A stretch of DNA of 63,853 bases, the filler included. It is 8 parts of 8 records of this genome, joined end to end, with 100 filler letters (N's around TTAATTAATTAA, not from the genome) between each part and the next. Parts side by side here need not be neighbours in the genome. Positions count along the whole stretch, not along the records: positions 1 to 6,037 come from SRR31156797_12096; positions 6,138 to 16,409 come from SRR31156797_12101; 6 more parts are not named here. One strand, 5' to 3'. This document shows, piece after piece, positions 1 through 7,079 of the stretch. The first letter of the stretch is position 1. Every line of letters begins with the position of its first letter. The position numbers were made by a program, and so were the translations under genes. The notes under the pieces are model-generated. The model searched no databases. It saw only the letters and a program-made list of their open reading frames with translations, and was not told the DNA's origin.

Positions 1-444
1 TCTAAACCTCCGCGAGTCGTCCTGACTCGCTACGGAGCGGCAAAATGCCGGCTTTTCTGTCCTGAACGCCGCCATTTTGACGCCGCCGGTGATCCTTCCC
101 CGCCACGGCCTGGACACCCGGGTCTGCCAGGCTTGCCTCCCTTTTGGATCAGACATTCCAATTTGTTCAAGGCGGTTCGGGCGGCTGAGGATGGGTTCCA
201 GAAGATCAAGTCTTTTTACAACGATTCCCAGACAGTGGTAGGGGGGGATTTCGAAGCCAAGTAAGGGCTTAAATAAAACTGTCGACAGAAGGAAGAATAT
301 TTACAGGATAAAATCGGGAGAAAAACTGACAGCGAATACCATTGCGCACCTGGCAGAATTATGATTCGTTCAAAAACCAATGGCTTGTTGAATTTGAGAA
401 TGGATGGACTGTCAGATTTTATCTAAACTAATTCACTTCATCAT

Positions 445-465
445 ACCTCCTGCTATGCAGGAGGT
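445..465. repeat. Hairpin ACCTCCTGC-TAT-GCAGGAGGT resembling IS200/IS605-family terminal hairpins
   Basis: Perfect 9-bp inverted repeat; no transposase nearby. Confidence 0.35.
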
Positions 466-1045
466 CGGTGATTCATCTCAGCCTCCAAAAAACGAAGTCT
501 GGCGGACAGATAGTCCTCGCCTCAACCACCTCGGTTTAATCTGCCAGCTTTACGTATCAGGCCCCAAGAACAATCCAAAGTTAAAGGTTTCAAATTACCT
601 CCTTGCCATCCAGGTGAAAGTCAGGATATTCTCCAATACTCTTGATTATCGGTCATGAATTCAGAATCTGGCCACATACTACACATTGTAACCGAGGATC
701 AGAAAAAAAGCGACAGATCATAGCATAAATCCTTAGTCTATCATGTGATAATTTGAAGAAATTAATTTACAAGCCATTTCGGATGATGTTAATAATTTCA
801 TTATAGATTATTGAATCGTTATTTAAGAAATATTCGGGCTGAAATTAATATGATATTGACAATTTAATTTTCATTTGACCCATTTATTTTTACAATCTGA
901 AATAAAGGCTGATCTGATGATTGCGAGGATTTTCGTGACAACGCGAAGAAAATAGAGGCGATACCTTTTGCTGCAATTTAGGCGCAGATGACTCTTTCGC
1001 TTTAACATAACGATTAAGCATGATCTTTTTAAAAAAGGAGAGCGT

Positions 1046-2581
1046 ATGAGTTCTGAATCAACCGATAATACCGTCCAATATGAATCTGGGTTGATCAAAT
1101 GGTATAACTCCAAAAAGGGATTTGGGTTTATAGACCGAGAAGACGGATCGGAAGCTTTTTTCCATATTTCAGATTTGTCTGATGAAGAAGAAGCGCCGCC
1201 ATGCGACAAGGATCGGGTAAAATTTTATGTTCAGTCCTCCGAAGATCCAAATAAGATAAGCGCAAAAGATGTTAGACGAGAGTGGCATCACCGGGGAGTG
1301 ATAACGGGAGTTAAATATAAAAAAGGTTTTGGATTTATTCGCCATGGCGCGGGTGAAGAGGCCACTTTTTTTCATTTTAACCATATCAAAAATGCCAAAA
1401 CAATTCCCCCCCGGAAGGGGCAGTACGTGGCCTTTTCAAACAGAATCAAGAGTGACAAAGGTTTCAGTGCAACAAGCGTTAAGATCATAGAAAAAAATTT
1501 TGGCGTTGTCGCTAAATGGGAAAATGGAAATGGGCAGATCCTACCGCTTAACTCGGACAACCCGGTCTCTGTATACTGGAAAGACATCATTCGTTCCCAA
1601 AAAGATAGTTATAGATCCCTTGAAGTGGGCGAAAATGTTTCATTCCTGTGGGGCAGCCCGGCTAAGGACAAGGCCATATGTGTAAGATGGGATTATGAGA
1701 TTCGAGCATTCGCCGTAATTGGAAATGAAGAGAAAATGCTTGAGGACCTGGCAGAAAATAAGGCTCTAAAGGAAGACTGGAGTTATTCAAATTCCCCGAC
1801 AGGATCTTCCTATCGCATTCTGTGGAACTATCTGGCTCACACCTTCCACAAACTCAAGGAGGAAGATACCAGTCAGCCTTTAGAAAAAAAGAAAATCAAA
1901 ATTAGTGGATATGAAGAGCGTCCCGATATTGCTGTTTTTGACACCGGGCTTGTGGATAAGCAATATAAACCCCTGTATGCAGTTTTTACTGAAAATACGC
2001 CCGCAAATACCGGGAAGCCCAAATGGACATTGGTTGGGTTTTGTGCCAGAGGAGAAAAGCTCAACGGTGTCAGTTACCTGACCCATTTCAGGAAATTGCC
2101 CGAACGGGCTGAATATTTTGACGAGCCAAGTGACCTCCTATATAATTATAAACTCAGGCTGGATGCAGTGACTGATCATATAGTGGGGGACAGGGGCCAT
2201 AGGCTTCCCGAAAGCATTCGGAAACAGGTGCCTGAAGACATGGATGAAAATCAGATGGTTGAATTTCTGAGTCGATTTTTGATGATGGCAACTGATCGGG
2301 CCTTGGAAAGAATCAAATGGAACTATAAGGCAGCCATTCCCCAATACTACGAAAAGACAAAAAAGATCCAGCTCTTGCTACCACTTTGTATTGACGATCC
2401 CAGGAAAGTAGATTTAGCTCTTGCCGTGCAGCGAGAAAATAAAGCCTATGTCGGATATACAATTCTTGAGTTGGATTGGGCTTATAATAACGCACGGCTG
2501 ATTGCGCGTCCAGACAGTGACTGGCTGACCCCTACGAAAATTCAGGAAGAAGAATCAGAAGAAGAATCAGAAGAAAAATAG
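1046..2581 (+). CDS. Three tandem cold-shock (OB-fold) domains fused to a C-terminal DUF3825-like domain, acidic tail
   Basis: RNP motifs GLIKWYNSKKGFGFI..AFFHIS and KKGFGFI..FFHFN, plus a third degenerate GVVAKWENGNGQI; C-terminal AIPQYY..IQLLLPL..TILELDWAYNNARLIARPDSDWL typical of DUF3825; RBS AAGGAG. Confidence 0.85.
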   Translation: MSSESTDNTVQYESGLIKWYNSKKGFGFIDREDGSEAFFHISDLSDEEEAPPCDKDRVKFYVQSSEDPNKISAKDVRREWHHRGVITGVKYKKGFGFIRHGAGEEATFFHFNHIKNAKTIPPRKGQYVAFSNRIKSDKGFSATSVKIIEKNFGVVAKWENGNGQILPLNSDNPVSVYWKDIIRSQKDSYRSLEVGENVSFLWGSPAKDKAICVRWDYEIRAFAVIGNEEKMLEDLAENKALKEDWSYSNSPTGSSYRILWNYLAHTFHKLKEEDTSQPLEKKKIKISGYEERPDIAVFDTGLVDKQYKPLYAVFTENTPANTGKPKWTLVGFCARGEKLNGVSYLTHFRKLPERAEYFDEPSDLLYNYKLRLDAVTDHIVGDRGHRLPESIRKQVPEDMDENQMVEFLSRFLMMATDRALERIKWNYKAAIPQYYEKTKKIQLLLPLCIDDPRKVDLALAVQRENKAYVGYTILELDWAYNNARLIARPDSDWLTPTKIQEEESEEESEEK

Positions 2582-3146
2582 TAGCGATTGTGGGCAGAGT
2601 TACTTTTAGGGAGGTTCCACAAACTCATCTCCTGCAATGAGAACATCCTTGATATTCCGTTTGATTCAGTAAGCTGAAAGTCCATCGACCATGGGGAGCT
2701 CCCCACCTATGACCGCAGTACATCCCTTTCAGACTGTAGATAGTCCACTCATTTTATGTATCAGTGTCAGTCATGTCGACCCGCCCCTGTCCAGAGGCAG
2801 GCCTTGAGAATCAAGAGTCTCCGGATCACGCTAATTTTATTTTATCTGGTGGGCCATATAGCCCTAATTGTAATTTACGATTTTGGATGAAAAATGAGGG
2901 AAGAACATAACAATTTAAAGCCCGGATTATGTCTATGATTGGCCGCTTTCTTCAAAAATCTATGACCACAATATTTTGGGGTTCATGCCCCTTACCCTAC
3001 GGATAAGGATTATACATTATTTTCGTTACTCACAGAAAAACCGAAATAGGTCCAACTTTCAATGTCCTGATAATTTTTTAATGGAAAAGTTACAGGGAAA
3101 GTCCACAGTAGATTCCTTTTATTTCATTGAAAGTTTTTATATATAG

Positions 3147-3420
3147 TTAGCGGACAAATAAAATCATTATCACATCGTCTTCAGTGATAATCAAACAGAC
3201 GATCGGTTCATAATTCCTTACAAAGAGCAGCTTTTCATATGTCCGATTGTCCAATGGTGATGCTTTCCCGCCATACGGATGGCTGTGCCATGTACCAAGA
3301 TATGTCACTTGCCCATTAGTTCTCTTCTCAATATTATTGATGTTTTTTTCAATTCATCAACACCCAAAATAAATAGGTTTGGCCTTTCGATTCTATCTGC
3401 TGACGCTTTAATGATACCCG
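3147..3420 (-). pseudogene. C-terminal remnant of a JAB/MPN (Mov34) metallo-isopeptidase domain
   Basis: Manual minus-strand translation IKASADRIERPNLFILGVDELKK/(frameshift in A7 run ~3343-3349)/NINNIEKRTNGQVTYLGTWHSHPYGGKASPLDNRTY...FVR*; HSHP..S..D motif; no start codon, 5' truncated. Confidence 0.75.
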
Positions 3421-3432
3421 TTTGTCAAGGCT

Positions 3433-3840
3433 GTGAAAACCATATCTCAAATGTTTGGTGAACTAAATTCAGTAATCAAAAATTTGGAATTACAAAAGGG
3501 AATGGAACCTGCAAAAGAATTCTTGAATGAACTCTCACACTTTTGCGATTCAGAGTCAGAACGTATGTTTCAGGATATCCAGAAAATCGGCCAGGAGGTC
3601 TACAGGCAAACCCTCTATGATAGTGAAAAACTCTGGAGTGAACTGCAGGATCAGTGGGGCAGAGGGCTTATGTATAAAGTTCGTGTATCAGATGGGACGG
3701 AGAAATGGTTTGAAGATGAAAAAATTAAACGATTAAATGGAATTATCCATAAGCGTATTGCCGGTATGTGAAAAAAGCTGCTTGAGAAATTTGAGGAGTT
3801 GATTGTTGGTGTGTTTGCGGATGATATCGAATTGAATTGA
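3433..3840 (+). pseudogene. C-terminal helical fragment of a larger protein with an internal stop at 3769-3771
   Basis: Reading continues past the TGA in frame (KKLLEKFEELIVGVFADDIELN*); no RBS; abuts the JAB remnant back-to-back. Confidence 0.5.
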
Positions 3841-3963
3841 ACGAATTTGAATATATTTTAGTGATACTGCGTGAAATAGAGCGTATTTAAATGAGTGTAA
3901 AATACACCCAATGGATGCAAATCAGTGAGCGTTGGTGTGTGAAACATGTTAGTAAATCAAAAT

Positions 3964-3987
3964 ATGACATTTTGTCATAAAATGACA
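3964..3987. promoter_or_regulatory. Alternating operator-like array ATGACA-ttt-TGTCAT-aaa-ATGACA
   Basis: Two overlapping inverted repeats upstream of the 4056 promoter; same hexamer forms palindrome TGTCATATGACA at 4879-4890. Confidence 0.5.
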
Positions 3988-4055
3988 ACACGAAAAAAGT
4001 TCATTTAAGTGTATTTTTTTGTGCAAACAGAAACGCGCAAAAATGAACGAATTAC

Positions 4056-4083
4056 TTGACTTTTTCAATTATTAGTTTAGAAT
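4056..4083 (+). promoter_or_regulatory. Sigma70-like promoter TTGACT-N16-TAGAAT
   Basis: Consensus match upstream of RBS AAGGGGGTG and ATG 4118. Confidence 0.5.
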
Positions 4084-4117
4084 AGTATAAAGCCAAAATA
4101 GAAAGGGGGTGAACATC

Positions 4118-4576
4118 ATGTTAGAAGGTTTCGAGAAATTTACACAACAAGGGAGATCATTCAAACCGAAAATCTCGATTAGAAAACGAGGGCAGATCGG
4201 CTTCAATAATGGGTCTATCAATAAATTCAACCTGAAAGAATTTGATTTTGTCGTCCTTTATATGAATAAGGCTGATAATAAGATTGCATTCAAATTCACC
4301 AACAACGACAAAGAAGATGGTGCAATAAAACTCGTAAAACGGAAGAATAATTATTTTGTGTCCGGGAAATCATTTCTGGACTTCTACAGTATTGCTTATG
4401 ATGAAACCATTTCTATGGATGCTATGTGGGAGGATCGAGCACAGGTGGCAATCATCCAACTGGTGAATCCCGAATCAATTAGTGAGAATGAAAGACAGAG
4501 TGACCTTAACCAACAGGTTGAAGCTAATGTACCTAATAGGGACAATCCAATTGAAGATGAATTTAAAGATATTTAA
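4118..4576 (+). CDS. Hypothetical protein, possibly AbrB-like beta fold
   Basis: Clean ORF with RBS; N-terminal PKISIRKRGQIGFN resembles AbrB-type swapped hairpin; alternative GTG start at 4109. Confidence 0.7.
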   Translation: MLEGFEKFTQQGRSFKPKISIRKRGQIGFNNGSINKFNLKEFDFVVLYMNKADNKIAFKFTNNDKEDGAIKLVKRKNNYFVSGKSFLDFYSIAYDETISMDAMWEDRAQVAIIQLVNPESISENERQSDLNQQVEANVPNRDNPIEDEFKDI

Positions 4577-4637
4577 AAAAGCAGATATGTGGAACAATTT
4601 TGCACAAACAAAAGGACATAAACAGACGAAAACAAGC

Positions 4638-4666
4638 TTGCTTTTAAAGTAAATAAATGATATAAA
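4638..4666 (+). promoter_or_regulatory. Sigma70 promoter TTGCTT-N17-TATAAA with extended -10 TG
   Basis: Consensus spacing, directly before the structured leader. Confidence 0.6.
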
Positions 4667-4782
4667 GACTGTAGAAATGAGAAAACCCCAAACACTTCTG
4701 TGATTGTGAGGATCACAGGGTCGCCGGGGCTCTCAAAAAAACGCTACACAGCACGAAAGCTGGGTAGGTTATAGACACCTTC

Positions 4783-4810
4783 AACGTATCACACTTGCAC
4801 TCCGTGTCAA
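4783..4810 (-). promoter_or_regulatory. Antisense promoter TTGACA-N16-TACGTT (TG-extended)
   Basis: Points back across hairpins 2 and 1; on this strand hairpin 1 is followed by a U-rich tract. Confidence 0.45.
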
Positions 4811-4884
4811 GAAAAATGTGACCGACGAAGGAATCTCCCAAGCTTTCTTTGCTGTGTAAGAATACACAAAGGAGGGCTTGTCAT

Positions 4885-4914
4885 ATGACATTATACGTCC
4901 CACCACCAGCCTAA
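4885..4914 (+). CDS. Putative leader peptide MTLYVPPPA
   Basis: Strong RBS AAGGAGG at 4869-4875; three CCA Pro codons; stop immediately followed by a hairpin. Confidence 0.45.
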   Translation: MTLYVPPPA

Positions 4915-5033
4915 CCCCTGGCTCATAAACACGCGAGTTCAGGGGAACATCCCGGCGACCCTTTTTCCATATCGTCCATGCGGATAACCTGTACGGACAC
5001 CTGTTGTTCAATTTAAGAAAAAGGAAACTCAAA

Positions 5034-5321
5034 ATGATTTTGAGTATATCGTACGATCTGAATAAGGTTGGTCAGAATTACACTGATCTCTATGACACAA
5101 TCAAAACTGCTCCTGGATACATCCGGGCAATGGACAGCTACTGGTTCATCAGTACGTCTGAATCAGTTAAAACCTGGTCTGATAGACTGCTGCAGGTGAT
5201 AGATAAAAACGATAACATCTTTATCGTTGATATCACCGGGCAATCTCGGAAAGGATGGATGGGTAAAAATGTTTGGGAATGGCTCAAAAAGCATGATCCT
5301 GTGACAAGCTACACCTACTAA
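5034..5321 (+). CDS. Small Cas2/VapD-like ferredoxin-fold protein (often annotated 'SinR family')
   Basis: N-terminal ISYDL..GQNY..LYDTIK, C-terminal GWM..VWEWL; RBS AAGGA. Confidence 0.75.
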   Translation: MILSISYDLNKVGQNYTDLYDTIKTAPGYIRAMDSYWFISTSESVKTWSDRLLQVIDKNDNIFIVDITGQSRKGWMGKNVWEWLKKHDPVTSYTY

Positions 5322-5394
5322 CCTGATGACCTATCGGCGGGTCTTGACCGGCTCGCCACCACTTATGATAATTTGATTTATGAGGATATAGAGA

Positions 5395-5568
5395 ATGAAA
5401 AAAACGTATAAACCCGGTGAAAAAGCACCGAAATCAGGACAGTATGGGATTGTTGGACCCCGTGGTGGGAAAACTGGTAAAGAGAGAACCGTGGTCAAAG
5501 GTGAACCTCTGCCGCCGACCCCGAAGTCCGGCCAGAAATTCACACTGGATGATCCAACCAAACATTAA
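5395..5568 (+). CDS. YjzC family protein (57 aa, missed by ORF track)
   Basis: MKKTYKPGEKAPKSGQYGIVGPRGGKTGKERTVVKGEPLPPTPKSGQKFTLDDPTKH; RBS GAGG. Confidence 0.85.
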   Translation: MKKTYKPGEKAPKSGQYGIVGPRGGKTGKERTVVKGEPLPPTPKSGQKFTLDDPTKH

Positions 5569-5603
5569 TCCGGGAAATAAATCTCCCGAATAAAAATACA
5601 CCT

Positions 5604-5634
5604 AAAGGCGGAGTCTGTATGATCCGCCTTTTTT
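5604..5634 (+). terminator. Intrinsic terminator
   Basis: AAAGGCGGA-loop-TCCGCC-TTTTTT. Confidence 0.8.
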
Positions 5635-6037
5635 AATGCTCCAACCCCATCCGCACACCCGTGCATTCCACCTCACCCCGCTTGACTACTCACACTATTC
5701 ACACATCCTTACACATATACGCATCTCCATATTTGTATAAAATCATCTGATATCTTTAAATTAACCGAAACATTTATATATACCCTATACTATAGCATAT
5801 AAGGGGCTGCACCCGAGCGGCCCGAGGTGAACCAATGAACCTGAATCCAATAGAACCAAACCTATTCGATATATACAAATTAATAGAAGGAATCCAGCAT
5901 CAAAGATACCCTGGTACCAGGGATGAGCTCTAATCTGTATCTTTTAAATTCCCCACTGTGGACTATGTCAAAAAACAAATCTTTAAGGTGCAGGATTAAA
6001 AACCCCGGACTATTATTAATAGCCATGACCATTCTCA

Positions 6038-6137
6038 NNNNNNNNNNNNNNNNNNNNNNNNNNNNNNNNNNNNNNNNNNNNTTAATTAATTAANNNNNNN
6101 NNNNNNNNNNNNNNNNNNNNNNNNNNNNNNNNNNNNN
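6038..6137. other. Artificial contig-joining spacer; identical spacers at 16410-16509, 24839-24938, 30398-30497, 39742-39841, 49794-49893, 58615-58714
   Basis: 100 nt of N with central TTAATTAATTAA (stops in all frames); GC content and gene context change abruptly and ORFs are truncated at the spacers. Confidence 0.98.
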
Positions 6138-6744
6138 CCAGTATCAGGAGAAGATGGAGAAGGTCACCACCTTCCTGCGCTACAAGAACATCCCCCATGA
6201 CCTGAAGAACAAGATCAGCGATTACTACGACTACCTCTGGGAGAGCCGCCGGGGCTACGACGAGGCCACCATACTGGAGGACCTTCCCAAACCCCTGAAA
6301 ACCTCGGTATCCCTCTTTCTCAACCGGGGCATCATCCAGAAGGTTCCCATCTTCCAGGGAGCCAGCGAGGAGTTCATCAAGGAGATCATCCTGAACCTGA
6401 AGCCCGTCGTCTTCACACCGGGTGACTATGTGGTGATCAAAGGGGAGATCGGCTATGAGATGTACTTCATCAGCCGCGGCTCGGTCGACGTCGTTTCCGA
6501 AGACGAATCCATCGTTTACGCCACCCTGGGGGCCGGCTCCTTCTTCGGCGAGATAGCCCTTCTCCTGAGCGCCCCGCGAAACGCAACCATCAAGGCCAAG
6601 GAGTACTGCGACTGCTACTCCCTTGACAAGGACACCTTCGACCAGATCCTGGTCCGCTTTCCCAAATTTGCCGAACGCATCCGGGAGATGGCCGAGAAGA
6701 GACGGGCGGAGACCGAAGAGAAGCAGAAAAATACAAAGAATTGA
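6138..6744 (+). CDS. Cyclic nucleotide-gated ion channel, C-terminal part (5' truncated)
   Basis: C-linker plus cNMP-binding motif GSFFGEIALL...RNATIKA. Confidence 0.9.
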
Positions 6745-6788
6745 CCTTTCTTCCCGGGACTGTTAAGGTCCCAGAAGAGGAAAATGAA

Positions 6789-7061
6789 ATGAGTATATTC
6801 GAAGCCCTGATGCTGATCTGTTTCGGTGCCGCCTGGCCCGCGTCCATATCCAAATCCTACTATTCCCGCAGCAACAAGGGAAAGAGCTTTTTCTTTATCG
6901 CCATCGTCTGGATCGGCTACGTCAGCGGAATCCTGCACAAGGTATTGTTTGCTTATGACAAGGTGATCTTTCTTTATATCCTGAACCTGTGCATGGTCTC
7001 CGTGGATATCACGCTGTATTTCCGTAACAGCCGTCTGGAAAAAGCCGCGGAAGCGGCCTGA
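6789..7061 (+). CDS. Small 3-TM membrane protein (PQ-loop/SemiSWEET-like hypothetical)
   Basis: FEALMLICFGAAWP..KS..GKS; RBS GAGG. Confidence 0.75.
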   Translation: MSIFEALMLICFGAAWPASISKSYYSRSNKGKSFFFIAIVWIGYVSGILHKVLFAYDKVIFLYILNLCMVSVDITLYFRNSRLEKAAEAA

Positions 7062-7079
7062 TCCCTAAAAAACAGTCGG

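Larger units (their letters stand above)
4672..4970 (+). ncRNA. Structured leader / antisense-regulated RNA with alternative long-range pairings
   Basis: Hairpins 4678-4735, 4744-4767, 4915-4945; 4717-4728 AGGGTCGCCGGG is the exact reverse complement of 4951-4962; 4745-4770 pairs with bulges to 4832-4858. Confidence 0.6.

Noticed and set aside
2692-2705. Perfect palindrome TGGGGAGCTCCCCA
   Set aside because: Isolated, with no loop or second copy; no function supportable
3100-3160. Possible integron attC site at GTTAGCG next to the JAB stop codon
   Set aside because: No matching inverse core or hairpin identified and no integrase present
5034-5321. CRISPR-Cas locus based on the Cas2-like protein
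   Set aside because: No cas1 and no repeat-spacer array seen anywhere in the window
5331-5561. 76-aa minus-strand ORF
   Set aside because: Antisense to the real YjzC gene at 5395-5568
5640-5730. C/A-skewed tract mirroring a G/T-skewed tract at about 3860-3950, as possible cassette termini
   Set aside because: No alignable inverted repeat beyond about 7 nt
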